From Pseudomonadales bacterium (lineage in GTDB: Bacteria > Pseudomonadota > Gammaproteobacteria > Pseudomonadales > GM7GCV1): 64,000 bases of DNA. Under the pieces are notes generated by a model. That model was given only the letters and a program-made list of their open reading frames with translations. It searched no databases and had not been told where the DNA came from. The stretch covers positions 195,196 through 259,195 of the forward strand of contig CBFICI010000002.1 in assembly GCA_965661125.1 (NCBI GenBank). The letters run 5' to 3'. Below, in pieces: positions 40,173 through 49,430 of this stretch. A program made the position numbers and the translations under genes. Every line of letters starts with the position of its first letter. Position 1 is the first letter of the stretch.

Positions 40173-41993
40173 ATGATCGAAAAACTACGCAACATCGCCA
40201 TCGTGGCCCACGTGGACCACGGTAAAACCACCCTCGTGGACAAATTGCTGCAGCAGTCCGGCACGCTGGACCGCAAAAACCGTGATGTTGAACGCATCAT
40301 GGATTCGAACGACCAGGAGAAAGAACGCGGTATTACTATCCTGGCCAAAAACACGGCGATCGAGTGGCAGGATTACCGCATCAACATTGTGGATACCCCG
40401 GGGCACGCCGACTTTGGCGGCGAGGTTGAGCGCGTGCTGTCGATGGTCGACTCGGTGTGCCTGTTGGTAGACGCGGTCGACGGCCCCATGCCGCAAACCC
40501 GCTTTGTGACACAGAAAGCCTTCGAGCGCGGCTTGAAGCCGATCCTGGTTATCAACAAGGTCGACCGCGAAGGTGCGCGCCCTCACTGGGTGCTGGACCA
40601 GGTTTTCGATCTGTTCGACCGGCTCGGCGCTACCGACGAGCAACTGGATTTTCCGGTTATCTACGCTTCAGCCATCAACGGCGTGGCCGGCAACGAGGCC
40701 GACGAACTGGCCGACGACATGACGCCGCTTTTTCAACTTATTACCGAGCATGTTCCGCCGCCTCCGGTCGACCCCGAAGGCGCTTTCCAGATGCAAATCT
40801 CGGCACTTGACTACAGCAGCTATGTGGGCGTTATCGGTATCGGTCGTATTGCCCGCGGCAGCCTGAAAACCAACCAGCAGGTTGTGGTGGTTCCGCCGGA
40901 AGGAAAGCAGCGCAAAGCAAAAGTACTTCAGGTAATGGGGTACCACGGCCTGGAACGGCGCGAGACCAGTCTGGCCAGCGCCGGTGACATTGTGTGCATT
41001 ACCGGCATTGAAGGGCTGGGTATTTCCGACACCCTGTGCGACCCGGAATCCGTTGAGGCCCTGCCGCCACTGAGCGTGGACGAGCCCACCGTGAGCATGA
41101 CCTTTCAGGTAAACGATTCGCCCTTCGCCGGGCGTGAAGGCAAGTTTGTTACTTCGCGAAATATCAAGGAACGGCTCGACCAGGAGCTGATTCACAACGT
41201 GGCCCTGCGAGTAAAACAGGGAGACACACCCGATAAGTTCCGCGTTTCCGGCCGCGGCGAGCTGCACCTGTCGGTGCTAATTGAAACCATGCGCCGGGAA
41301 GGTTTCGAGCTGGGCGTATCGCGCCCGGAAGTTGTGCAGAAGGAAGTGGATGGCGAAATTCACGAGCCCTTCGAGCAGGTCATTATCGACATTGAAGAGC
41401 AGCACCAGGGTGCCGTGATGGAAGCCATGGGCCTGCGCCGCGGCGACCTGAAAAACATGGAACCCGACGGCAAAGGCCGGGTGAAGCTGGAATACCTGAT
41501 TCCCTCGCGTGGCCTGATTGGTTTCCGCGGCGAGTTCCTCACCCTCACCTCGGGTGGCGGCATTATGACCAGCGTATTTGACCACTACGGCCCGGTAAAA
41601 ATGGGCGAAGTGGCAAGCCGCATCAACGGCGTGCTGGTGTCCATGGTGAAGGGCAAAACTCTGGCCTACGCATTGTTTGCTCTCCAGGATCGCGGCCGCC
41701 TGTTCCTTGGCCACGGCGAAGACATTTACGAGGGGCAGATTGTCGGCCTACACTCCCGCGGTAACGACCTGGTCGTTAACCCGACCAAGGCCAAGCAACT
41801 CACCAACATTCGCGCCGCCGGCACCGACGAGGCACTTACCCTGTCGCCGCCGGTGAAATTCACCCTGGAGCAGGCACTGGAGTTCATCGAAGACGATGAG
41901 CTGGTTGAGGTAACACCCCAGTCTATTCGCCTGCGCAAGAAACTATTGACAGAAAACGAGCGCAAGCGCGCCGGTCGCAGCAAAGAAGGCTAG
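40173..41993 (+). CDS. typA: Translational GTPase TypA/BipA
   Basis: 606 aa. [18 protein letters not shown] and [14 protein letters not shown] motifs. Confidence 0.95.
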   Translation: MIEKLRNIAIVAHVDHGKTTLVDKLLQQSGTLDRKNRDVERIMDSNDQEKERGITILAKNTAIEWQDYRINIVDTPGHADFGGEVERVLSMVDSVCLLVDAVDGPMPQTRFVTQKAFERGLKPILVINKVDREGARPHWVLDQVFDLFDRLGATDEQLDFPVIYASAINGVAGNEADELADDMTPLFQLITEHVPPPPVDPEGAFQMQISALDYSSYVGVIGIGRIARGSLKTNQQVVVVPPEGKQRKAKVLQVMGYHGLERRETSLASAGDIVCITGIEGLGISDTLCDPESVEALPPLSVDEPTVSMTFQVNDSPFAGREGKFVTSRNIKERLDQELIHNVALRVKQGDTPDKFRVSGRGELHLSVLIETMRREGFELGVSRPEVVQKEVDGEIHEPFEQVIIDIEEQHQGAVMEAMGLRRGDLKNMEPDGKGRVKLEYLIPSRGLIGFRGEFLTLTSGGGIMTSVFDHYGPVKMGEVASRINGVLVSMVKGKTLAYALFALQDRGRLFLGHGEDIYEGQIVGLHSRGNDLVVNPTKAKQLTNIRAAGTDEALTLSPPVKFTLEQALEFIEDDELVEVTPQSIRLRKKLLTENERKRAGRSKEG

Positions 41994-42101
41994 GCCGGTA
42001 GTTAACCATTGGGAAATTCGGTGGTAATGATCGACAAAGCGGGCTGAATCCAACGCCCGCTCGGCGATAAACTGGCAATCTGTTCAGTAGCCGGAATTCC
42101 C

Positions 42102-42887
42102 ATGGCCAAAGCACTCTTTATCTCCCACGGCGGCGGTCCGCTACCCCTTCTGGGCGAACCCTCTCATCGACAGATGGTCGATCTTCTGGGGAAACTGGGT
42201 CGCGAGTTGCCTCGCCCCAAAAATATTCTTCTGGTCAGCGCCCACTGGGAGGCCAACCCGGTGGCGGTATTGGCTGCTCCACGCCATCCCTTGTATTTCG
42301 ACTATTACAACTTTCCACCAGAAACCTATCGGCTCGAATACCCGGCAAGCGGGAACCCTCTGCTGGCCGGTGATGTTCGACAGAAGTTGATCGCGTCCGG
42401 TATCCATTGCGATGAAGAGTTCGAACGCGGGTACGACCATGGCATGTTCATCCCACTAATGCTGATGTATCCACTGGCGGATATTCCCACTATTCAGCTG
42501 TCCCTGAACCCTTCGCTCGACCCCGAACTGCACCTTCGCATGGGCGAAGCGCTGGCCGACCTGGACAAGGATACCCTTATTATCGGCTCCGGCTTTTCAT
42601 TCCATAACCAGCCTGCCTTTAGAACCAACGACGCCCGCATGAACGAGGTAAACCAGCGATTCGAGCGCTGGCTGGTGGAAACCTGCAATTCAGACGAACT
42701 GGACGAATCCAGTCTGCGCGAACGATTAAGGATGTGGGAGCTGGCACCCGGCGCCCTGCAATGTCATCCCCGCGAGGAGCACCTTCTACCACTTCATCTT
42801 TGCTATGGCGCAGCTGGCAAAGCCTGTAGCGACTATTGGCAGATAGAAATTATGGGCAAGCAGGGAAGTTGTTATTATTGGGCCTGA
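42102..42887 (+). CDS. Class III extradiol ring-cleavage dioxygenase (LigB / YgiD / DODA family)
   Basis: 261 aa. ALFISHGGGPLP N-terminus, SAHW and YDHG motifs. Confidence 0.75.
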   Translation: MAKALFISHGGGPLPLLGEPSHRQMVDLLGKLGRELPRPKNILLVSAHWEANPVAVLAAPRHPLYFDYYNFPPETYRLEYPASGNPLLAGDVRQKLIASGIHCDEEFERGYDHGMFIPLMLMYPLADIPTIQLSLNPSLDPELHLRMGEALADLDKDTLIIGSGFSFHNQPAFRTNDARMNEVNQRFERWLVETCNSDELDESSLRERLRMWELAPGALQCHPREEHLLPLHLCYGAAGKACSDYWQIEIMGKQGSCYYWA

Positions 42888-42908
42888 CCCGTTTTTTAAG
42901 GTGATCTC

Positions 42909-43319
42909 ATGAAACAAATCGCTGGCCTGCTGCTAACCGCCCTGTTCGCTTCGGCCTGCCTGGCCCAACCTGCCTTTGAAGACTATCCGGTCGATGAGGT
43001 TTACGACGGGTTTCTGGCAACCATGCGAATGAATTCGCACGAATTGGCCCCGCAATACGCTGACGAAGCCAATCGACAGACCGATATAGGCCCCAATTTC
43101 GCGGGCGTGCACACGCTCTTTACCTTCGACTGCGGCGCCAATTGCGACGAGCTGGTTGTAATGAATACCGAAAGCGGCTGGATGTTGGCTCATTTCAAAA
43201 CCTGCGGCAGTCACGAGTTTCATCTCGAAAGCCGCCTGTTGGTAATCAATCCGGATAGCGAGCGCTGCGAAACCTCCTATTATCTGGCCAGCGCCTGGGC
43301 CGTAGAGCCGCTGGAATAA
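42909..43319 (+). CDS. Secreted Cys-containing hypothetical protein
   Basis: 136 aa. Signal peptide MKQIAGLLLTALFASACLA|QP. No family recognised. Confidence 0.55.
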   Translation: MKQIAGLLLTALFASACLAQPAFEDYPVDEVYDGFLATMRMNSHELAPQYADEANRQTDIGPNFAGVHTLFTFDCGANCDELVVMNTESGWMLAHFKTCGSHEFHLESRLLVINPDSERCETSYYLASAWAVEPLE

Positions 43320-43352
43320 ACCTGGCTCCGACGACCTGAACTGGTATTCCGC

Positions 43353-43856
43353 ATGCTTCCCCTGACTCCTGAAACCCTCGCCCAAAAATTGCTCGGGCTG
43401 GCCGCCAGCCTGCTGCTAATCACCTGCGTCGGGGCACTCGGCGCCTGGGCGAGCATCAGCGCTGCAGACTTCTATGGCAGCCTTAACCAGCCAATCTGGG
43501 CACCTCCTGCAGGCGTTTTCGGGCCAGCCTGGACCAGTCTGTTTATTCTTATGGCGGTCGCCGCCTGGCGGGTTTGGGTAGCCGGTGCCGCCAGAAACCA
43601 CCCGGCAGCACTAGTCATTTACGCACTGCAGCTGGTATTCAATGTGCTCTGGAGTTGGCTATTCTTCGCCTGGCACCTGGGTGGCGCGGCCTTCCTGAAT
43701 ATTTTGCTGCTCTGGTCGCTAATTCTTTTTTGCCTGATCAGTTTTTACAGCATCAATCGGGTGGCCGGGCTCCTGTTGGTGCCCTACCTCGCCTGGGTCA
43801 CCTTCGCCGCCTTTCTCAACTACCATATCTGGCAGCTGAACCCGGCATTGCTCTGA
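43353..43856 (+). CDS. tspO: Tryptophan-rich sensory protein TspO/MBR
   Basis: 167 aa. Five TM segments. WAPP…FGP.WT.L and W..LF motifs. Confidence 0.85.
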   Translation: MLPLTPETLAQKLLGLAASLLLITCVGALGAWASISAADFYGSLNQPIWAPPAGVFGPAWTSLFILMAVAAWRVWVAGAARNHPAALVIYALQLVFNVLWSWLFFAWHLGGAAFLNILLLWSLILFCLISFYSINRVAGLLLVPYLAWVTFAAFLNYHIWQLNPALL

Positions 43857-43867
43857 CTGCCAATGCC

Positions 43868-44203
43868 ATGAAACCTGCGCAACTCGAAATATACCGCCAA
43901 CGCCTGCTGGCCATGCGTCAGGAATTACAGCAAATGGACGAGGATTCGGCCGAAGCGCGCGGCACGGTGACGCTTGACCAACAAAGTGTCAGGCGTCTAT
44001 CGCGCATGGACGCCATGCAGGGTCAGCAAATGGCGTTGGAAACCGAACGTCGGCGCAAACGCCAACTGCTGGAAATTGAAGCCGCCCTGCGCCGCATTAA
44101 TGCCGACGAGTACGGAGAATGCCTGGAATGCGGTGAGGAAATTGCCAGCGGCAGACTGGATATCAACCCGGCTGTGACCTGTTGCATCGGGTGCAGCGAC
44201 TAA
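43868..44203 (+). CDS. DksA/TraR-family C4 zinc-finger protein
   Basis: 111 aa from MKPAQLEIYR… CLECGEEI-N13-CCIGC zinc finger. The longer 209-aa ORF overlaps tspO. Confidence 0.8.
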   Translation: MKPAQLEIYRQRLLAMRQELQQMDEDSAEARGTVTLDQQSVRRLSRMDAMQGQQMALETERRRKRQLLEIEAALRRINADEYGECLECGEEIASGRLDINPAVTCCIGCSD

Positions 44204-44616
44204 AAGCGGTCGCGACCCGATACCTGCAGGTTATTGATGCGACTTACGCCCATCAGTTTAAGCAGCAAACCGCGGCAGGCCCGCAAAATGGGGTAAAAAA
44301 AGCGGGCGCGGCCCTTCGAGCGAAACAACCAGTAATTCAGACGGTTGAACAAACCCGAGCGTGAACTCATCAGCGACAACGCATGAATGGCATCGCTGCC
44401 GTAGTAGAGCTGGTCGCCAGCCACCAGCACCATGCCCTCGTCGATATCCCAGCCGCGGCGGTTGATCTCGGCCATTACCGGAGGGTTTGTGCGCGCATCC
44501 ACCAGCTCAAGCTCGCCCACCGATTCACCCAGGCGAACCAGATTGCAGTAAACATCGCAGGCCGGGCACTGGGTATCGTAAACAAGTTCTATTTTTTGTG
44601 ATCTGGTGCCATTCAT
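44200..44616 (-). CDS. DCC-family thiol-disulfide oxidoreductase (DUF393)
   Basis: 138 aa. N-terminal YDTQCPACD CxxC motif and matching size. Confidence 0.65.
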   Translation of the reverse strand: MNGTRSQKIELVYDTQCPACDVYCNLVRLGESVGELELVDARTNPPVMAEINRRGWDIDEGMVLVAGDQLYYGSDAIHALSLMSSRSGLFNRLNYWLFRSKGRARFFYPILRACRGLLLKLMGVSRINNLQVSGRDRF

Positions 44617-44705
44617 TGCAGCATTCGTTACCCATTTGTGGTCTAGTCTAACAAGCGGGCACCGTTGGGAACTGCCCGGTTGAAATATTTTCCAAGGAGC
44701 CCTTT

Positions 44706-45377
44706 ATGCGTTTTCCCTTTGCCTTGATTCTACTCATTCCATTTTTTACAGGTTGCGCCACCACCGATGAAGGTGAACCCAACCGGCAGGCCACCGGAAC
44801 TCTGATAGGCGCCGTTGTGGGCGGTCTACTGGGTGCCCAGGTTGACGACGATGATGGAAACAATCGTGACGGCATTCTGATTGGTGCGGTTGCCGGTGCG
44901 GCAGCCGGAAACGCCATCGGCGCGCATATGGACCGGCAACAGGCCGAGTTTGAAGAGCAGCTGGCTGCCGAGCAGGCCGCCAATGAAATTGAAATCCAGA
45001 GGGTTCGCGAAGACCTGCTGCAAATTACCTTCGACAACGAAGTGACCTTTGACTATGACAGCGCCGCGGTAAAAGAGAATTTTCGCGACTCGTTGGGCAA
45101 GGTGGCCAACGTGCTGGTGAAGTACGATTCGCAAGCCACTGTTGTGGGGCATACCGACTCAACCGGCAGCGAAGCCTACAACCAGTCGCTGTCCGAGCGG
45201 CGCGCCGATGAAGTGCGCAGCTATCTGGTAAGCCGCGGCGTGACGGCATCGCAAATTGAGGCCTACGGCCGCGGTGAAATGCAACCGCGATCCAGCAACG
45301 AAACCGAAACCGGGCGACAACTGAATCGCCGTGTTGAGGTATTTGTAAGGCCCGGGCAGCAGGTGTCAGCCAACTGA
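44706..45377 (+). CDS. OmpA-family lipoprotein (glycine-zipper N-domain plus OmpA_C peptidoglycan-binding domain)
   Basis: Lipobox FFTGC. GAVVGGLLGA…GAVAGAAAGNAIGA. The C-terminus has F..DSA.V, GHTDSTGS..YNQ.LSERRA and NRRVE. Confidence 0.85.
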   Translation: MRFPFALILLIPFFTGCATTDEGEPNRQATGTLIGAVVGGLLGAQVDDDDGNNRDGILIGAVAGAAAGNAIGAHMDRQQAEFEEQLAAEQAANEIEIQRVREDLLQITFDNEVTFDYDSAAVKENFRDSLGKVANVLVKYDSQATVVGHTDSTGSEAYNQSLSERRADEVRSYLVSRGVTASQIEAYGRGEMQPRSSNETETGRQLNRRVEVFVRPGQQVSAN

Positions 45378-45814
45378 TGCGAGCCCTGGTTCAACGCGTC
45401 AGCCATGCCGCGGTTCATATTGATGGCGAGCTGGAATCGGAAATTGGCATGGGCAGCCTGGTGTTGCTGGGTATAGCGAGCGGCGATAGTGAAACCGATG
45501 CACAGAAACTTGGGCAACGGGTTTTAAACTACCGTATATTCCCTGACGACAGCGGCCGCATGAATTGCAGCCTGCTCGAAGCGCAAGCCGACCTGCTGGT
45601 AGTGTCCCAATTTACCCTTTGCGCCGACACCTCCAGCGGCAGACGGCCGGGGTTTTCCGCTGCCGCTGAACCGCAGCAGGCCGAGGCGCTGTACCTGGAA
45701 TTTATCAAGGCCTGCAAGGCTGAGCAGGTAAAGGTTTCAACCGGGGTATTCGGCGCCAACATGCAGGTTAGTCTGGTGAACGATGGGCCCGTAACCTTCC
45801 TGCTGGAAAGCTGA
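45377..45814 (+). CDS. dtd: D-aminoacyl-tRNA deacylase
   Basis: 145 aa. MRALVQRV…SQFTL.ADT..G.RP.F…NDGPVT motifs. Confidence 0.95.
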   Translation: MRALVQRVSHAAVHIDGELESEIGMGSLVLLGIASGDSETDAQKLGQRVLNYRIFPDDSGRMNCSLLEAQADLLVVSQFTLCADTSSGRRPGFSAAAEPQQAEALYLEFIKACKAEQVKVSTGVFGANMQVSLVNDGPVTFLLES

Positions 45815-45824
45815 ATCTCTGGGG

Positions 45825-45998
45825 CTATTCGTCGAACAGTTCCTCGGTGGAAGCAACGGCCAACCCCTTGGCGGCCTTTTCCCGCATCAAGGCATAGTAG
45901 AGCGAATCGCCCGGGCAGTCTTGCTCAAGCTGCGCAAAGCCTGTGCCGGCCCCAGAGTAAGCAATAAGAAACCACAGAAGCGCATTATTTCGGGCCAA
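45825..45998 (-). CDS. Possible 57-aa small membrane protein (TTG start). Speculative
   Basis: Hand translation: (M)ARNNALLWFLIAYSGAGTGFAQLEQDCPGDSLYYALMREKAAKGLAVASTEELFDE*. One hydrophobic helix. Third-position GC is similar to neighbouring genes. No SD or homolog verified. Confidence 0.25.
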   Translation of the reverse strand: MARNNALLWFLIAYSGAGTGFAQLEQDCPGDSLYYALMREKAAKGLAVASTEELFDE

Positions 45999-46247
45999 AA
46001 AACCGCGTTAAACCATAGCATAACCCCATGCTTGCCCGCGTGAAACCGGGGCTGAACCGCAACCAGCCTCTTTGCAACCAGGCTATCCAAGCTCAACCGT
46101 GTCACTTGCCTTGCTCGATAAATCAGCATTGCGGTTGTTGGAAAACCCACGCGGCCCGCTGGAAGCTGCCATAGCTTGGGCCAGGCCGGAAACTGCGCGA
46201 CGGGGGCCAGGCTGGAAGTCGCGTCTCGACGGGCGAACTGCGACCGC

Positions 46248-46275
46248 AAAAAAAAGGGCGCCGAAGCGCCCTTTT
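46248..46275 (-). terminator. Intrinsic terminator of the acidic-repeat gene (GGGCGC-ttcg-GCGCCC followed by T8 on the minus strand)
   Basis: Read directly. Lies 18 nt downstream of the stop at 46293. Confidence 0.8.
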
Positions 46276-46292
46276 CATTGAGGCCAAGAAAA

Positions 46293-46700
46293 CTACTTTT
46301 TGTCTTCTTCCTCGGCCGGGGCTTCTTCCTCGGCCGGGGCTTCTTCCTCGGCCGGGGCTTCTTCCTCGGCCGGGGCTTCTTCCTCGGCCGGAGCTTCTTC
46401 CTCGGCTGGAGCTTCTTCCTCGGCTGGAGCTTCTTCCTCGGCTGGAGCTTCTTCCTCGGCTGGAGCTTCTTCTTCGGCTGCAGCTTCTTCCGCTGCAGCT
46501 TCTTCCGCTGCGGCCTCTTCCGCCGGCGCTTCTTCTACCGGCTCAGGCTTGGGTTCCGGCGCTGTAATCAGGCCTTCGGCGGCAAGAACAGAAATCTTGT
46601 CTTCGGCATTTACCGGTTGGCCCTTGCGGGTTTTAACGGCAAATCGGCCATCGCGGCGTTTGTAAATTTTGTGGCTGTCTGTGGTTTTAACCAGTTCCAT
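46293..46700 (-). CDS. Small protein: basic ~45-aa N-terminal domain plus an acidic (APAEEE)n repeat tail. Unknown function
   Basis: Start at ATG 46700 (AAGGTGA SD). MELVKTTDSHKIYKRRDGRFAVKTRKGQPVN…, then PEPKPEPVEE, (EEAAA)3, 9x APAEEE and DKK. Confidence 0.7.
   Translation of the reverse strand: MELVKTTDSHKIYKRRDGRFAVKTRKGQPVNAEDKISVLAAEGLITAPEPKPEPVEEAPAEEAAAEEAAAEEAAAEEEAPAEEEAPAEEEAPAEEEAPAEEEAPAEEEAPAEEEAPAEEEAPAEEEAPAEEEDKK
46304..46483. repeat. 18-bp coding tandem repeat, ~10 units, two sequence subtypes (…ggccgggg x4, …ggctggag x4)
   Basis: cttcttcctcggccgggg / cttcttcctcggctggag units read directly. Confidence 0.95.
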
Positions 46701-46832
46701 GCTACTCACCTTTGTTTTCACGGGTTGAAAGGAGCGCGCACATTACTGCCTGACGCGATAGTTGGCAAGCATCGAGGCACTGGCTTCTGGTACCATGCGC
46801 GCCCTGCTTACAACTGCAATTGCTGCCCGCCC

Positions 46833-48749
46833 ATGACCCTGGTCCGCTGCGATCAACTCTCCATCGAATTTGGCGACAACCCCATTCTCAAGGAAGTGGA
46901 TCTCACCATTGAGAATCACGAGCGCATTGCGCTTATCGGGCGCAATGGCGCCGGCAAAAGCACCCTGCTGAAAATTCTGGCCGGATGGATACAGCCCGAT
47001 CAGGGCGAGTTGCTGTACAAGCGCGATCTGCGAATCAGCAAACTGGATCAGCAGTTGCCCGGCGACCTCAACCGCACCACCTTCGAGGTAGTGCAGGAGG
47101 GGCTATCTCACCAGATCGAACTCATCGAAGAATATCGCTGCATGGCGAATCAGAACAGCAGCGACGAAAGCCACCTGCGCGACATGGAAAAGCTGCAAGC
47201 GCGAATAGACGCGGGTGGTGGTTGGCAACCCGACGTGCAGGTTGAGCGCATCGTTTCCCAATTGGAACTGCCCGCAAATAGCCGGTTATGCGACCTCTCT
47301 GGCGGATGGCAGCGCCGCGTGGCGCTGGGCAAGGCGCTGGTATCCAACCCCGAGCTGCTGTTGCTGGACGAACCCACCAACCACCTGGACATTGCCACCA
47401 TCGAGTGGTTGGAAGGCCGTATTCGCAGCTATCCCGGTAGCGTGGTATTCGTCACCCACGACCGCAACTTTCTGCACAACCTCTGTACGCGCATTATTGA
47501 GGTAGACCGCGCCAAGCTGAAAGAGTGGCCAGGCGATTATAGAAAGTACCTGCGCCTGAAAGCGGCGGCGAATAAGGAAGAAGACGAGGCCAACGCCCTG
47601 TTCGACAAACGGCTGGCCGAAGAAGAGGCCTGGATTCGCCAGGGTGTGAAAGCACGCCGCACCCGCAACGAGGGGCGTGTGCGCTCGCTTGAAGCAATGC
47701 GCGAAGAGGCCGACGCGCGGGTAAAGCGCCAACGCAAGGCGCGCATACAGATTGAAACCGCCGACACGGCGGGCCGCAAACTGATCGAAATTCGCAACAT
47801 TGGCCACGGCTTCAGCGACCGAAAGCTAATCGACAAATTCAGCCTGCGCGTAATGCGCGGCGACCGCATTGGCCTGATCGGCAACAACGGGGTGGGCAAA
47901 AGCACCCTGCTAAAAATACTGCTGGGGCAGCTGGAACCCGAAGAGGGCTCGGTAAAAATGGGGCCTTTCCTGGAGGTGGGTTATTTCGACCAGGTGCGGC
48001 GCGAACTGAACCCGGAAAAAACCGTGGCCGAAAACGTTGGCAACGGTAAGGAATACATCAAGCTAAACGGTAAAGAGCGCCATATTGTGGGCTACCTGCG
48101 CAACTTTCTCTTCACCGCCACCCGCGCCATGACGCCGGTGAAATATCTTTCCGGCGGCGAGTGCAACCGTGCCCTGCTGGCCAAGATGTTTACCCAACCC
48201 AACAACCTGTTGGTACTGGATGAGCCCACCAACGACCTGGACGTGGAAATGCTGGAAGTGCTGGAAGAGCAGCTGGTGCAGTACGAAGGCACCCTCATTA
48301 TCGTTAGTCACGACCGCACCTTCCTGGACAATGTGGTGACCTCCATCCTGGTTTTCGAGGACGACGGCAAGGTGGTGCAGTACGGTGGCGGCTATTCAGA
48401 CTGGGCCAAGCGTGGCAAAAAGCTGCTGGAAATGGACAAACCCACCGGCACAAGCAGAACGGAAAACCCCGCTTCAGCAACTTCCGCAAGCGCAACCAAT
48501 GCCAGCAAGAAGAAGGGCAAGCTTTCTTACAAGCTGCAGCGCGAGCTGGACATGCTGCCCGGCGAAATTGAAAAACTGGAAGCTCGCGTCGCCCAGCTGA
48601 CCGGGCAAACTTCTAATCCGGGCTTCTACGACCAACCCTTCGAAAAAACCCAACCGGTAATGGACGAGTTGGCCGACACCCAGGGAAAACTGAACCAGGC
48701 CGAAGCGCGATGGCTGGAGCTGGAAGAGTTAAAAGAAGGCTCGGCGTAG
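46833..48749 (+). CDS. uup: ABC-F family ATPase (Uup-like)
   Basis: 638 aa from MTLVRCDQLSIEFG. Two ABC cassettes (GRNGAGKST / LSGGWQRR / LLLDEPTNHLD, and GNNGVGKST / LSGGECNR / LVLDEPTNDLD). C-terminal coiled coil. The upstream 219 codons in the ORF track are antisense to the acidic-repeat gene. Confidence 0.88.
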   Translation: MTLVRCDQLSIEFGDNPILKEVDLTIENHERIALIGRNGAGKSTLLKILAGWIQPDQGELLYKRDLRISKLDQQLPGDLNRTTFEVVQEGLSHQIELIEEYRCMANQNSSDESHLRDMEKLQARIDAGGGWQPDVQVERIVSQLELPANSRLCDLSGGWQRRVALGKALVSNPELLLLDEPTNHLDIATIEWLEGRIRSYPGSVVFVTHDRNFLHNLCTRIIEVDRAKLKEWPGDYRKYLRLKAAANKEEDEANALFDKRLAEEEAWIRQGVKARRTRNEGRVRSLEAMREEADARVKRQRKARIQIETADTAGRKLIEIRNIGHGFSDRKLIDKFSLRVMRGDRIGLIGNNGVGKSTLLKILLGQLEPEEGSVKMGPFLEVGYFDQVRRELNPEKTVAENVGNGKEYIKLNGKERHIVGYLRNFLFTATRAMTPVKYLSGGECNRALLAKMFTQPNNLLVLDEPTNDLDVEMLEVLEEQLVQYEGTLIIVSHDRTFLDNVVTSILVFEDDGKVVQYGGGYSDWAKRGKKLLEMDKPTGTSRTENPASATSASATNASKKKGKLSYKLQRELDMLPGEIEKLEARVAQLTGQTSNPGFYDQPFEKTQPVMDELADTQGKLNQAEARWLELEELKEGSA

Positions 48750-48768
48750 ACGCCGTCATTCACCGACC

Positions 48769-48792
48769 AAAAAAAAGGCGCCTTTCGGCGCC
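48769..48792. terminator. Hairpin GGCGCC-tttc-GGCGCC with an A8 run on its 5-prime side. Reads as a strong intrinsic terminator on the minus strand and a weak one for uup
   Basis: Read directly. There is no T-run on the plus-strand 3-prime side (TAATGG). Confidence 0.55.
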
Positions 48793-49106
48793 TAATGGAG
48801 AGATTTCACAGGAGGGGGGAAGTGAAACCTGTCAGGGGAGTGGCCAGACTATTCCCAAAACGGGTTTGGAAACGGAACCAGGTCACATTCCCAATCGAAA
48901 TTGCGCGTGGAATCAAAAGCGAAGCTTAAAAAACGTGACTTACCACAAACTTTCGGGTTTTCCGCAAAATCATTGACTTAGCTGCTGTTATCGAACGTTG
49001 TTCAACTGTTAACTTGAGTTAGAAGGTGCAAATAGCCGTAAACCCTTTAGTAGTATGCTCATCCACAACTATTTACTGTAACTACAAACAAAAACGGGGT
49101 ATCACC

Positions 49107-49409
49107 ATGAAAAAGTTGATCGCATTCGCCAGCTTGCTGGCAGCCAGCTCAGCTTTCGCACACACACCACTGTTTGACTGCTTTGACAACGGCGACGGCA
49201 CCGCACTATGCGAAGGCGCCTTTTCTGACGGTGGCAGCGCTTCTGGCGTTGGCATTCGCATAGAGCTGGCCAGCGGCCGGGTGCTGGCCAAAGGCGAACT
49301 GGATGAAGCCAGCAGCTACAGCTTCAGTATTCCCGAGCAGGAGTACCAGGTGGTATTTGAGGCCGGCGACGGCCACGAAATCGTGCTGCTCGGCGACGAA
49401 ATCTACTAA
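49107..49409 (+). CDS. 100-aa secreted protein whose mature N-terminus is His (AFA|HTPLFDC…). First gene of the metal cluster
   Basis: Start at MKKLIAF (the upstream 27 codons lack signal-peptide character). Two Cys near the N-terminus. Beta-rich C-terminal part resembles the C-terminal fold region of DUF4198 proteins. Confidence 0.7.
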   Translation: MKKLIAFASLLAASSAFAHTPLFDCFDNGDGTALCEGAFSDGGSASGVGIRIELASGRVLAKGELDEASSYSFSIPEQEYQVVFEAGDGHEIVLLGDEIY

Positions 49410-49430
49410 CCAAACCATTAGGAACTGACG

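Noticed and set aside
45887-46249. 120-aa minus-strand ORF
   Set aside because: It is Arg-rich and low in complexity, with no motifs. It also runs through the terminator of the upstream gene.
46176-46832. N-terminal 219 codons of the 857-aa ORF (FFLGRGFFLGRG… repeat) fused to the ABC-F gene
   Set aside because: This stretch is the antisense reading of the acidic-repeat gene and its promoter region. The ABC-F homology begins at MTLVRCDQLSIEFG (ATG 46833).
48960-49106. Zur, Fur or NikR operator upstream of the metal cluster
   Set aside because: Only partial resemblances were found: AAAATCATTGAC as a half Fur box, TGTTATCGAAC, and GTATGC without a partner. Nothing is palindromic enough to call by eye. 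A PWM scan is needed.
48793-49106. Cobalamin or NiCo riboswitch in the long leader of the metal cluster
   Set aside because: I could not find a B12 box (…AGCCAGGAGACCTGCC-like) or the NiCo conserved core on either strand. This remains open pending an Infernal/Rfam scan.
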